DNA of 64,000 nucleotides from an uncultured Oscillospiraceae bacterium (GCA_934654755.1 CAKUGQ010000004.1:52224-116223); one strand, 5' to 3'. Shown: positions 9,303 to 19,600, numbered from the stretch's first letter. Translations and numbers: made by a program. The notes: generated by a model from the sequence alone, not told the origin.

Positions 9303-9915
9303 TGCAAAGGATCGTCTGTCCTCATTCTTCGATTATGCTATCAATGACTGCAAGACTAAGCCGGATTGGATTACCGTACTTTTTATCAACACAGGCTATG
9401 CCGAGCAGTTCGAGCGCGGCAATCCTGCCTACGTTGCAGGTATGTCCGGTGTTGAACTTGCCCGTGCGGTTATCCTGAAAGCATACGGCAGAAAGGAACT
9501 TCCGAAGCCTACAAATTCCGAGGAATGTTCTCCCGAGTATTGGGCAGGTTGGGCGCTTGCAGAATATCAATGGTACTGCGGCCGCAGGTTCAAAGATATC
9601 TTCGAGCGGATTCCTTTGACTAAGATTATCGGAATGTATTCGGTCTATCATGAGATGGATATCACGAACTTCATTGATACGATGGAAGAGTTCTATAAGG
9701 CTGCCGAAGGCGATTCCAATCTGAAACGCATTCGGGAAAGCAGAGGCTTATCTCAGTCAGAACTTGCGGAACAATCGGGCATCAATGTCCGAAACATTCA
9801 GATGTATGAGCAGCGGGTCAACAACATTGATAAGGCACAGGCACAAACACTCTACAAGTTATCCCGTGTTCTTGGTTGCGATATCGAAGACCTGCTTGAA
9901 AATCCTATGATGTAA
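9265..9915 (+). CDS. DUF3791-like protein with C-terminal XRE-type HTH
   Basis: Overlaps the previous gene by 38 nt. The C-terminus LKRIRESRGLSQSELAEQSGINVRNIQMYEQ is an XRE helix-turn-helix. Confidence 0.55.
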   Translation: MMTHAYNESYLSNAKDRLSSFFDYAINDCKTKPDWITVLFINTGYAEQFERGNPAYVAGMSGVELARAVILKAYGRKELPKPTNSEECSPEYWAGWALAEYQWYCGRRFKDIFERIPLTKIIGMYSVYHEMDITNFIDTMEEFYKAAEGDSNLKRIRESRGLSQSELAEQSGINVRNIQMYEQRVNNIDKAQAQTLYKLSRVLGCDIEDLLENPMM

Positions 9916-10192
9916 CTCTTGTATCTCTGAAACCGAGACGCCGTCCCGCAACCGAGAAGCTTTGGCAAGGAAATCCGCCGCAAAGCAGGTCGAAGTGGGG
10001 GAGTTCCCTTGGATTGATTGTTCGCAAATCGCCATAATTCAAACCTCCTTCTTCTCCGTAAATGGCGTTATACGCTTTTTCTGCGTTCTTATCAATTTCT
10101 GCACGACCGACGCATCTGTAATGACCTGTATTTACGAGTCCGGAATGAAAACCTCCGATACCCGAACACAAATCAATGAATGGGATTGCCAT
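9905..10192 (-). pseudogene. DNA (cytosine-5) methyltransferase N-terminal fragment
   Basis: Motif I (IDLCSGIGGF) and motif IV (GGFPCQSFS) present. The ORF stops at about 95 aa, right after GFRDTR, so the ENV motif and target-recognition domains are missing. Confidence 0.65.
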
Positions 10193-10228
10193 AGGGCATC
10201 CGTCCTGTTTTTCTGCTTCACCTCACAT

Positions 10229-10525
10229 TTACATAGATTGTTCGTTAATAGTCTGTTCCTGAGCTTGTTCCTGTAACTCCCGGTCGACTTCTTCCTGTGT
10301 CAATCGACGGAATGAGTCTTCGCCGGGGATCAGCGCAAGCGCTCTGCCATTATCCCATTTCATTAGGAGTTGACCGATATCATCCACACTCTGAACCGTT
10401 CCGCGCATACCTCTTTCAACGGGAGAATATGGGTCGTTCATATTAAGCAGCATTACTCTTGTTCCCGGGGGATATGACTGTTTATATCTCTCAGCTTGTC
10501 TGTGTAATCGTTCCCAATCATTCAT
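10229..10525 (-). CDS. DUF4314 domain protein
   Basis: NDPYSPVERGMRGTVQSVDDIGQLLMKWDNG matches the DUF4314 core from memory. Confidence 0.55.
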   Translation of the reverse strand: MNDWERLHRQAERYKQSYPPGTRVMLLNMNDPYSPVERGMRGTVQSVDDIGQLLMKWDNGRALALIPGEDSFRRLTQEEVDRELQEQAQEQTINEQSM

Positions 10526-11023
10526 CCTTCTTTACCTCCTGAATCTTGTTTTGAGTTGCTGTCTACGCCGCAATCATATACACCACTCCTTTCGTTATCA
10601 GATTTATATCAACGCTCAAAATGCGCTAAATACGAAAAAGGAGGTTGCGCATACAATTTATGCGCAACCTCCGAGAACACAAACATTTAACAATTAGAAA
10701 AATAAAAAAAGGGGCAGACCTTACGAAATCAATCGTAAAATCTGCCCCTAAAACCCTATGAATTTAGTTCAAGTCCTCCCCAAAGGTCGATTTGGGGAAA
10801 TGATATCTTTTGAATTCCACCTTAAAAATCGGCATGAAAAAACCCAGAAACCGTTGTGGTTTCTGGGTTTTCAGCCCCGATATCTTTTTCGGTGCTACTT
10901 GTTGGCAAACCTACCGCTCGTGGATACAATGCACCATGTTTTGAAGGCGTGGTGCATTAATTTATGGGTTCAGTTTTGATGGGCTGGGACACTGCGGACG
11001 GAAAGGACAGAATATAACCTATT

Positions 11024-12475
11024 TTATTGTTCAATTCCGCGATATCCATGTTTTTCTGCATTCCCAAGCAAATAAAGGAACGCAAATGCAGGAATTCGTA
11101 GTAGATCTTTACCGCACTTTGTGTTATGAACTCCATAATCGTCCGCATTCTTGGTTATAATTATTGCTGCCGACGATTCCTCACACAATTCTACGATCGC
11201 ATCATCATCCGCAATTGGCGCACCTTCTCTGTATTTAACTTCAATGAGGATGTTTTTCGTATTAGGATAGTCCACCACAATATCAATTTCTTTGCCCTTT
11301 TTTCCACCTCTAAAATAGCCCACCGAAGTAGCATATTGATAATAAAACGCTGCGACATGCTTGTAAACAGCCGTTTCAACAATCTTTCCCATCTCAACAG
11401 GGTCCGTCAAAACAGAATCATCCATCAAAACAGCATTCCGAATTGCCGCATCGGCGATATAAATTTTAGGACGCGCCTTTAATACCTTTTTCCCTGCCAT
11501 ATCAACCGGCCAACTCTGATAAATCAAATTTGCACTTTCCAGATACTGAATATAGTTTTCTACAGTTGTGCGAGATACACCGTTCAGTTCTTTCGTAATT
11601 GCCTCAATCGATACAATTTCCGAAGATACATTGCAGAGGTATAAGAAAATTCTCTCCAGCTCCGTTGCGTTACGGATATTGTACAGTGAGGGAAGATCAC
11701 GCTTAAGAACTTTATCCACAACATCTTCTCGCATGATCTGTTGCGCCATCAAATCATTGTCAGCCAATGCCAACTCCGGAAAACCGCCAACCTGCAAATA
11801 CCGCATAAAATGATTTTGAACCTTGGAAAGCTGCATCATAATTTGAGTCCGCTCAATTTGACTTTTGTGGAGCAATGTTGTTACTTTCAAATCGGAGGCA
11901 ATATTGGGGCGATCCAAATTCAGCAGTTCACAGTACTCATAAAAAGACATCGTTGGGACTTGTATAACAGTCCAACGGCCGGCACCACTTTCTCTGCTGC
12001 CCTTCATCAACGCCGGACTGGCAGAGCCAGTTGCAACAACACGTGTATTGGGTTGCGTATCATAGATGATCTTTAACCATCGATCCCAGTCCTGTGCGTA
12101 CTGCACCTCATCAAAGAAATAATAGGCATCCTGCTCTGCATAGATATTTTCATGATAGCACTCCAGAACATCCTGAAATTGGCTGAGCTTCAGCATAGGA
12201 TGATCCAAAGAAATAAAAACAATTTTCTGCGGTGCCACACCTGACTTTAACAGCGCTTCGATCATTTGGTATTGGATGGTTGTTTTTCCAACGCGTCTCG
12301 TCCCGGTCAAAACCACAGAGCGGCGAATTCCTTTATCCGTCAACCGCTTCATCGCTTCGTGGAATGCAAACCTCTTGTAGGTTTTTGACATCTGCGGGCT
12401 AACTGTCCCGGTTTTCCACCACGGATTATAAGCACTCAGAACTTTGAGGATGCTTTCTTTTGTTGTAATCGCCAT
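11024..12475 (-). CDS. AAA+ ATPase with DUF4143 (ATP-binding protein)
   Basis: Walker A LTGTRRVGKTT, Walker B FFDEVQY, and the C-terminal DUF4143 pattern. AAGGAG RBS before MAITTK. Confidence 0.8.
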   Translation of the reverse strand: MAITTKESILKVLSAYNPWWKTGTVSPQMSKTYKRFAFHEAMKRLTDKGIRRSVVLTGTRRVGKTTIQYQMIEALLKSGVAPQKIVFISLDHPMLKLSQFQDVLECYHENIYAEQDAYYFFDEVQYAQDWDRWLKIIYDTQPNTRVVATGSASPALMKGSRESGAGRWTVIQVPTMSFYEYCELLNLDRPNIASDLKVTTLLHKSQIERTQIMMQLSKVQNHFMRYLQVGGFPELALADNDLMAQQIMREDVVDKVLKRDLPSLYNIRNATELERIFLYLCNVSSEIVSIEAITKELNGVSRTTVENYIQYLESANLIYQSWPVDMAGKKVLKARPKIYIADAAIRNAVLMDDSVLTDPVEMGKIVETAVYKHVAAFYYQYATSVGYFRGGKKGKEIDIVVDYPNTKNILIEVKYREGAPIADDDAIVELCEESSAAIIITKNADDYGVHNTKCGKDLLRIPAFAFLYLLGNAEKHGYRGIEQ

Positions 12476-12774
12476 TGAGATCAGCTCCTTTTTCAATATA
12501 ATATCCGCAAAATCAATTTTTGTCAAGGATTATTGATAGTATACTATGAATATTTTCATAAAAATATTGTTTTTTCTGCTGAAATCCGCATTAAAAAACT
12601 TTTTCCGTTCCAGTTTTCAGATAATATTTTCGTGGAGTCAGATTTCTGAGGCACACTTTCGATCAAGCAATAGCGCAATCAGTTTTTGCTGTTTGCACTT
12701 TGGTATTTTGTTTGCTGATTCGGATGGCTCTTTGATGAATCAGGTGATACCGATGTTCAATGTGCAAAGTAAGT

Positions 12775-12828
12775 CAAAGTCTCTTTGCTGATTCAAGCAA
12801 ATTTTTCCGAATCAGCAAAGAGACTTTG
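12775..12828. repeat. Perfect 20-bp inverted repeat with 14-nt spacer
   Basis: caaagtctctttgctgattc-aagcaaatttttcc-gaatcagcaaagagactttg, lying between the divergent ATPase and recombinase genes. Confidence 0.6.
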
Positions 12829-13008
12829 AATATTTCATCATAGTCAAGCCGTAACAATCCATAATTATGGGCAGGGGATGTCAAGTTTCTGTGCACTTTC
12901 GTTTTGTACGGAAACTTCGTAAATGATAACTTTCTGATAACTCTCCGCCCCTGCCATTGACTATCCCAGGCCTGGCAATATACTGTCGTTTCTGTAGGAG
13001 GTGTCGCT

Positions 13009-13203
13009 ATGACGCAGGCAAAATATGAAGCCGAAATGTGTTCTCGGCTCTGCAAGAGTATTTTCTCTACGCTGGCCGCTATGGGGCACATTTCAGAAAA
13101 TGATGCGCAGGCCTTGCTCCGTGCTGCCGCAGAGAAATACAGCGCCCCCATTGGCGAATTGGAGGTGAGAAGCGTTGCCGCAGAAAAAGGTTACACGGGT
13201 TGA
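13009..13203 (+). CDS. Small hypothetical protein upstream of and overlapping the recombinase start
   Basis: Strong GGAGGTG RBS then ATG. 64 aa. No family recognised. Confidence 0.3.
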   Translation: MTQAKYEAEMCSRLCKSIFSTLAAMGHISENDAQALLRAAAEKYSAPIGELEVRSVAAEKGYTG

Positions 13204-14755
13204 GTTCCCCACCAAACCGCTCTTACCGTCGCAGTCGACACTCTTGAAGCGGGTCGCTGCTTACGCCAGAGTGTCCACCGTGAAGGATTCGCAGAAAAAC
13301 AGTCTCCAATCGCAGCAGGAGTATTTCACGGAGTATATCCGGCATCACCCGGACTGGGTCTTTGCCGGAATGTACACCGACGAGGGTATCAGTGCCGTCA
13401 ACACCAAACACCGGGACGGCTTCAATCGTATGATCCGAGATGCCCTTGCCGGGAAGATCGACCTTATCGTCACCAAGTCCGTCAGCCGTTTTGCCCGGAA
13501 CACTGTGGACAGTCTGACCACCATCCGCAAACTGAAAGAGGCCGGCTGTGAGTGCTTCTTCCAGAAAGAGAACATCATGACATTCGACTCCAAAGGGGAA
13601 CTGCTCATCACCATCATGTCCAGTCTGGCTCAGGAGGAGAGCCGTTCCATTTCCGAGAATGTCACCTGGGGACAGCGGAAACGGTTCTCCGACGGTAAGG
13701 TCAGCATCCCTTACGGCCAGTTCCTGGGCTACCGCAAAGGTGCCGACGGACTGCCGGAGATCGTCCCGGAAGAAGCGGAAATCGTCAAACGCATCTACCG
13801 CGAGTTCCTTCAGGAGAAATCCACAAATGCCATCGCCACCACGCTGACAAAGGAGGACATCCCTACCCCCGGAAAAAAGGCCGTCTGGCAGAGAGCTACC
13901 GTGGAGAGCATCCTGCGGAACGAGAAATACAAAGGCTCCGCACTGCTTCAGAAATCCTTTACGGTGGATTTCCTCACCAAGAAAACCAAGGTCAACGAAG
14001 GGGAGGTTCCTCAGTATTATGTGGAGGACAGCCATCCTGCCATCATCGAGCCTTGGGAATGGGAACAGGTTCAGATGGAGTTGGAGCGACGTAAAAACAG
14101 CCGCAATCGGCACCGTCAGACCAGCCCCTTCTCCGGGAAGATCCACTGTGCCGACTGCGGCGGGATTTTCGGTGCCAAGACCTGGCACTCCACCGACCGT
14201 TACCGCCGGGTCATCTGGCAGTGTAACGACAAATTTAAGGAGGAACACAAATGCGAAACGCCCCACCTGACCGAGGAACGGTTGAAGGAACTGTTCCTGT
14301 CGGCCCTTGGGGCGTATCTTTCCGACCGGGAGACCGTCATTGTCCGGCTGCGCGATACCCAGCGGGTGCTTACGGATACGGATTTTATCGACGAGGACAT
14401 TCGGTCTTTGGAGGAGAACCTAACCACCATCACCGGGAAGCTGCGCCTGTGTATCACAGAAAATGCAGCCAATACCGTAACCGAAGAAACCTACCGTACC
14501 ACCCACGCCGAACTGTGCAGTCGCTTTGAGGAAACCGAAGCCAAACTGGCAGCACTGCAACGGCAGCGGGACAAGATGAAAGCGGATGCCATTGCCATCG
14601 GCGGTATGATGTTTGAACTGGGCGAACTGGACACACTGCCCGTTGACTTTGACGAAAAACTCTGGCACGGCACCATCGACCATGTCACTGTCCACGCCGA
14701 TGAGCGGGTGGTGTTCCGGTTTAAGGACGGGAAGGAAATCGTAACAAGGCTATGA
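13175..14755 (+). CDS. Large serine recombinase
   Basis: Resolvase catalytic N-terminus (AAYARVSTVKDSQ...SLQSQQ), recombinase domain, and Zn-ribbon (CADCGG...C). TTG start with GGAGGTG RBS. Confidence 0.88.
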   Translation: MPQKKVTRVEFPTKPLLPSQSTLLKRVAAYARVSTVKDSQKNSLQSQQEYFTEYIRHHPDWVFAGMYTDEGISAVNTKHRDGFNRMIRDALAGKIDLIVTKSVSRFARNTVDSLTTIRKLKEAGCECFFQKENIMTFDSKGELLITIMSSLAQEESRSISENVTWGQRKRFSDGKVSIPYGQFLGYRKGADGLPEIVPEEAEIVKRIYREFLQEKSTNAIATTLTKEDIPTPGKKAVWQRATVESILRNEKYKGSALLQKSFTVDFLTKKTKVNEGEVPQYYVEDSHPAIIEPWEWEQVQMELERRKNSRNRHRQTSPFSGKIHCADCGGIFGAKTWHSTDRYRRVIWQCNDKFKEEHKCETPHLTEERLKELFLSALGAYLSDRETVIVRLRDTQRVLTDTDFIDEDIRSLEENLTTITGKLRLCITENAANTVTEETYRTTHAELCSRFEETEAKLAALQRQRDKMKADAIAIGGMMFELGELDTLPVDFDEKLWHGTIDHVTVHADERVVFRFKDGKEIVTRL

Positions 14756-14909
14756 AACATTACAGAAGCAGGCCCAGGCTGGCAGGTAGATTTCTGCTGG
14801 TCTGGGTCTGTTTTGGGGATATCCCGCTTCAGTATAGTTTGATGATCTACTTGTAAAAAAGAAGAAAATCCAATATAATATTCCTGCACCAAGAGAGGCG
14901 GTGAATTTC

Positions 14910-16337
14910 ATGGCTTTTGAATCCAATACATATTCCGGAATATGCAAATATAAGAATATTGACTTCACTTTCATGTTTAGTGGTGAAGAGCTGCGATTGG
15001 TTCCTCCGGCAGATAAAAGAGAAATCATTCAGACGAACTGGGTACTGACTCCTTTGGCGAAAGGTGTCTACACAAGAGGGGACCCATTAACCATGGATGA
15101 GCCGTATCTAACCGGAAAATGCAATGAAACTGGAACCACTTTCATATTTATAACCAAGCAAGGGGGACATGTTGGAAGCCAAAATTCTGTTTTATTTGTC
15201 CCCATTGTAGCCTACATCAGATGCAGGTACGGACGTGACAGTATCGCCAGAATGTCATTTACCAGCCCTGTGGTTAATTGTATCCATCCGGTCAATCAAG
15301 GTTTTGGCTATGCAATAAATGTGGATAGTTTTAATGAGACGGGAGTATTTACTGTTACAACCCAGAGTTTTGATGAAACTACAACGGAACCCCAAACCTT
15401 TATGGTTGACAACATACAGGTTTCTGTGGAATTTAGTATTTCCAGAAAGCTAAGCACAAAGTTGAATGAACCACCCATCACTCTCAGCTCGTCTATGCTT
15501 TTTGAATTTGCTCCCACCAATGATTACCGCTTAATATTTAGGTTGTGGTCTGTCGCAAAACAATTCCTACAGTATCTTTGCTACAGAAGAAATATTATTC
15601 TTCCTGAAGTTGCATTGTTTGCGCCTGCGGATGGCGGTAAATATGAGGAATTTGCGACTATGTATGTGCTTAATGAAGCTGGCGATGATGAATCGTCTAC
15701 ATTAAAGTCTGGCCGCTATATTCAACAAAAATATCTTGCCGGAACTGAAGGCAAAATCCTGTCAGATATCGCGAGCGGTATGCTCTACCTTCGGCACCTC
15801 CCTCAGACCTATCAAAGTGGCAGAACCATTGATGCCGCCCGATTTATTATGATTACCGCAGCATTTGAATGGGAATATAAACGCAATTTCCCGGATGGGG
15901 TACCCAAGAAGGAAGCCAGATTAAAGGCAGAAGCTGCTGTAACCGATGAAATTGACGAGAAAATCAAAAGTAGTGCTGGTAAAAAACGAGAAATCTATAA
16001 GTTCCTCAAGCGACTGGTAAAATCAGACAGCCTTGAATCCGAAATAATCCATACTGGTAAAGTGATTGATAACATCATTGGTGTTTTTGGCAAGCACCTG
16101 TATCACTTAAACGGGGAGGAACTGAAATATTCCGAAATGGGAAAGCGTCTTTCTTCCCAAAGAAATCACTATGCCCACGGTGATCTCAATCAGGAATTTA
16201 TCGGTCTTTCGCTTCTGGACTTGATGTACATGGAATACATGCTTTATGCTATTCAGTTGAATTATTATGGCATAGATGAGAAAAACATTCGGCGAGCCAT
16301 AAATGATCTATTTCATTTGAATTACGCAATAACATAA
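14910..16337 (+). CDS. Putative HEPN-domain abortive-infection/defense protein (ApeA-like)
   Basis: AT-rich gene. C-terminal QRNHYAHGDL fits the HEPN Rx4-6H motif. The large N-terminal region is of unknown fold. GAGAGG RBS. Confidence 0.4.
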   Translation: MAFESNTYSGICKYKNIDFTFMFSGEELRLVPPADKREIIQTNWVLTPLAKGVYTRGDPLTMDEPYLTGKCNETGTTFIFITKQGGHVGSQNSVLFVPIVAYIRCRYGRDSIARMSFTSPVVNCIHPVNQGFGYAINVDSFNETGVFTVTTQSFDETTTEPQTFMVDNIQVSVEFSISRKLSTKLNEPPITLSSSMLFEFAPTNDYRLIFRLWSVAKQFLQYLCYRRNIILPEVALFAPADGGKYEEFATMYVLNEAGDDESSTLKSGRYIQQKYLAGTEGKILSDIASGMLYLRHLPQTYQSGRTIDAARFIMITAAFEWEYKRNFPDGVPKKEARLKAEAAVTDEIDEKIKSSAGKKREIYKFLKRLVKSDSLESEIIHTGKVIDNIIGVFGKHLYHLNGEELKYSEMGKRLSSQRNHYAHGDLNQEFIGLSLLDLMYMEYMLYAIQLNYYGIDEKNIRRAINDLFHLNYAIT

Positions 16338-17099
16338 TTGTAAAACCGCCCTTGGTCGAGGCCTATATCTCCGCCATGGGCGGCCGCTTTTATTTCTCAT
16401 TCCCGGGTGGCGTTCTCTGTCAATTTCATCATCAGCTGTGCTCCCAGCTTCGGTCAGGTAGTAAAGGCGATCCACCCGCACCCAGCACACAGGTCCCTGA
16501 CTTCTCCAATTCACGCATTGCTGTTCTTGATTGGCAGTGAGTCAAGTTTGCCCCAGAGTTTTTTGAAGTCCTCCTTCGTCCGGGGACTGTCCGTGTTATG
16601 ATATTCTCCATAATATCATCGCGAGAGATCCAGGCATAGCCGCATGCAGGTCTCATCAAGGAAGGCTTTATGCTATTGGGCATAAAGCGAATCCACCGGA
16701 TGTATTCACCCATTTCGTTGCACTCCTTCAAAGGGACACTGTTGCTAATTTCGGAGGCAACAAATTATAAGTTGGTGGCCTACCCGCATTTTGACTGTCC
16801 TTTTAGTCCTTTCTGTCCCACGGTTGTTAAAGAAAATCCGCTAAAGGTTCAGAGCGGTATCACAGCCTTCGGCGGGTTTCTATATGGATAATAATCATTT
16901 ATCGTTTCTACTCTTATAACGATTGCCGTTTTGCTAAGCCCAGGGTTTTCTCATCATGGCCGCAGCAAATTCGGGCGCACATCGCGCCGATGGCCGGAAA
17001 TGTTCGGGAAAAGCCCTGCTTTTCGCAAAAACCACTCCTCAGACGGTGGAAAATAAAAAATTACCGTTGCTGATATTGTATCAACAACGGTAACTGATT

Positions 17100-17175
<76 letters not shown>

Positions 17176-17367
17176 ATATTCAGGCAAACCGACCACGCCG
17201 TTTTCCGAACGGAACAGCGGCCGTTCAGGGAAGCTGACGCCGCCCCCTCTCGGTTGCCTGTATAGGATAACACACTCACACGGCTTTGTCAAGAAAAACT
17301 TTTTGACATTTTGCGACTTTTTATGCCGTCGCGCCTGCTGTACTTACGCAGAGCGGGGCGGGGCTGC

Positions 17368-19464
17368 TCAGCGGCGGTTGAGGTATTCCTGCACCGCGTG
17401 CTGAATGTAGCCTGCGGCTTCCTCTGCGCTGCCTACCAGCAGCTCGCCGTTTTCCTGACGCGCCTCGTTCAGATAGTCGGCGGCGGTCTGTAAGATCACA
17501 TCAATCAGGTCATCCGCGCCGTAAAGCACATAGTCCTGCGCGGTGGTCATGCTTTGCAGGGTTGCGAAGAGTGTTTCCTCCACGGGCTTCGCCCACTCGC
17601 CGTAAGACTTCCAGCTTCCGGACAGCTTCTCCGCGTGTTCGCGCATCAGTTTTTCTGCAAGCGGCCGGTACATCGGCGTCGCCGAGCCGGCGGCGACCCG
17701 ATCCATACTGCGCGCCAGCGCCTCGCTCGTCATGAGATAGTTCAGGAACACGGCGGCGGCTTCGCTGCAGCGGCTGCCCGCGGAGAGGGCGAAGTAGCCC
17801 GCCGGCTCTACGGCATAGCCGCTGTGGCCGCCGAGTGCAAAGCAGTAGGGCGCACGGCGGCTGCCCAGCTCCTCCTGCCGCCAGAAGGGCGATACGCGTG
17901 TAAGCATATCCCAGACGGCACTTTTCTCTACCCAGCGGCTGATGCGCTGCTCGGCGGGCTTTTTGGGGTCGTAGGCGGCGGCCTCGGGGTCGTACTCCGT
18001 GGGGAAATTCATGGCATAATCCAGCACCGCACGGAATTCTTTTCCGGAGAAATCACATTGCAGGGTGTCAAAATCGACCCATAAACCGATATGCAGCTGC
18101 AAAATCTCACGCAGCTCCGTCAGACGGTCAGACGAGCGTGTGGAGCGTTTCCCGTCCGCCTCGAGCAGGTCAAACAGATCGTCGAGCGTGGGGTTGGCGG
18201 TCAGCGTTGCGCCGGGGGCGCCCATCGCACTGACGGCGCGGCAATAGGGCGCGGTAAAATAGGCTGTACCGTCAATACGCATGAGCTGCGCCATCGGTTC
18301 GGAATAGACGCCTTTGACGGTCAGCTCCGGCGCATATTTGTCCAGCGGGGTGAGCCGGTTTGTGCGGGCAAGCTGCGAAAGGAGCGCATAGTCGCCCAGA
18401 TAGATCAGATCGGCGTCCGCTGCGCTGCCCATGACCTGCGAGGGCGTATCACGCACGTCGAGCAGAACCTCGACGCCGGAGGCGAACAGCGAATAATGCT
18501 CCACCCAGCGTTCCAGCTCGGGCGCGTGCTTCCGGTCGGTCAGGATTGTCATCGTGCAGCGCGCAAAGCTGTGCGTCGGTTTAAAGTGTACCGTTTCGAT
18601 CGCGCCCGCGGCGCTCAACATGATGCCCTCGGTAGGGCTCGTGACGATCAGAGTGCGGGGATGCCTCTGTTCGGAAACCAGCTCCGGACAGCTCAGGAAC
18701 TCGACCGTTTCGCCGTTGCTGCGCTGGAAGCCGTAAAAGGGATTGACGTAATAAAACCAGTCGCCGCTGCGCGTGCAGAGGTCGTACAGCCCCCAGAAGG
18801 GCTGCTTTCTTTCCGTATCCGGCCGCCCGTCCGCGCCGATGGGGTACAGGCCGCGTTCGCCGCTCTCCATGCTGGAGAGGCAGAGCTCACCGCCGCTCCA
18901 GGCGAGGTCATACGGCCGTACGGCCGTCGGGACGAGCACGCCGTCGCGGTAAAGCGCCTGACAGGCGTCGTCACGCACGAGCACATAGATCGCACCGTTG
19001 TACTCTTCAATGCGTGCAAAGGCATCGTAAGACGCAATTTTTTGCGCGGAAAGGTAAACCACACCGTTGCGATAGACCGTCTGGTTTGCCGAGCAGTAGA
19101 AGAATACACCCTGAGAGGTAACGCGAAGCTGCGAGAATACACCCGGCTCGGCATCCGGCTCCAGCCGCAGGCGGCTGAAAATCTCCCCGTTGTCATCCGA
19201 GGCAAACAGCCGGTCATACGCTTCTCCGGCGCTTTCCAACCGCATTCCGTCGGCGCTGCGCTTATAGAGGCCCTTATGCGTCAGCAGCAGGAGGCCGTCG
19301 TCCGTTTGGGCGATGTCGCAGATCGTGCCGAGCTTCGTCAGATCCGCCGGTTCTTCGCCGTTCTGTGTCGGCGGCGTTGTCGGTGCGCTGGGAAGAGCGT
19401 CCGGCGCACAGGCGCAGAGCAATACCGTGAGCGCGAGCGTCAGCAGCAGGCAGAGCCGTTTCAT
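17368..19464 (-). CDS. Lipoprotein with C-terminal solute-binding-protein-like domain
   Basis: Lipobox LLCAC after the signal peptide. Pro/Thr linker. The C-terminal 300 aa resemble extracellular solute-binding proteins. Function unclear. Confidence 0.45.
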   Translation of the reverse strand: MKRLCLLLTLALTVLLCACAPDALPSAPTTPPTQNGEEPADLTKLGTICDIAQTDDGLLLLTHKGLYKRSADGMRLESAGEAYDRLFASDDNGEIFSRLRLEPDAEPGVFSQLRVTSQGVFFYCSANQTVYRNGVVYLSAQKIASYDAFARIEEYNGAIYVLVRDDACQALYRDGVLVPTAVRPYDLAWSGGELCLSSMESGERGLYPIGADGRPDTERKQPFWGLYDLCTRSGDWFYYVNPFYGFQRSNGETVEFLSCPELVSEQRHPRTLIVTSPTEGIMLSAAGAIETVHFKPTHSFARCTMTILTDRKHAPELERWVEHYSLFASGVEVLLDVRDTPSQVMGSAADADLIYLGDYALLSQLARTNRLTPLDKYAPELTVKGVYSEPMAQLMRIDGTAYFTAPYCRAVSAMGAPGATLTANPTLDDLFDLLEADGKRSTRSSDRLTELREILQLHIGLWVDFDTLQCDFSGKEFRAVLDYAMNFPTEYDPEAAAYDPKKPAEQRISRWVEKSAVWDMLTRVSPFWRQEELGSRRAPYCFALGGHSGYAVEPAGYFALSAGSRCSEAAAVFLNYLMTSEALARSMDRVAAGSATPMYRPLAEKLMREHAEKLSGSWKSYGEWAKPVEETLFATLQSMTTAQDYVLYGADDLIDVILQTAADYLNEARQENGELLVGSAEEAAGYIQHAVQEYLNRR

Positions 19465-19554
19465 AGCAGTTCCTCCTTCGTTTTAACGGGTCGGATTCGG
19501 TTTACAATAATATTCTACCACAGGCCGTTTGCCTTGGCAATAGCGCTCGTCGTA

Positions 19555-19600
19555 AAACTTACACGGATTTTACATTTCTCTGCTTTTGAATTTTACCTGC
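19555..19600 (+). promoter_or_regulatory. Pho box (PhoP/PhoB operator) upstream of pstS
   Basis: Half-sites cTTACA, TTTACA, TTTTGA and TTTACC at about 11-bp periodicity, 65 nt before the pstS ATG. Confidence 0.45.

Noticed and set aside
12774-13151. 125-aa minus-strand ORF spanning the 20-bp inverted repeat
   Set aside because: No RBS. It reads through the palindrome and overlaps the better-supported small plus-strand ORF. Treated as non-coding.
13223-14266. 347-aa ORF antisense to the serine recombinase
   Set aside because: Low-complexity Gly/Val/Asp-rich translation. The recombinase frame has catalytic motifs.
16432-16731. 99-aa minus-strand ORF between the HEPN gene and the tRNA (possible transposase or integrase remnant)
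   Set aside because: No catalytic motif is recognisable and no RBS is present. It may be a pseudogene remnant at the island end but cannot be supported from sequence alone.
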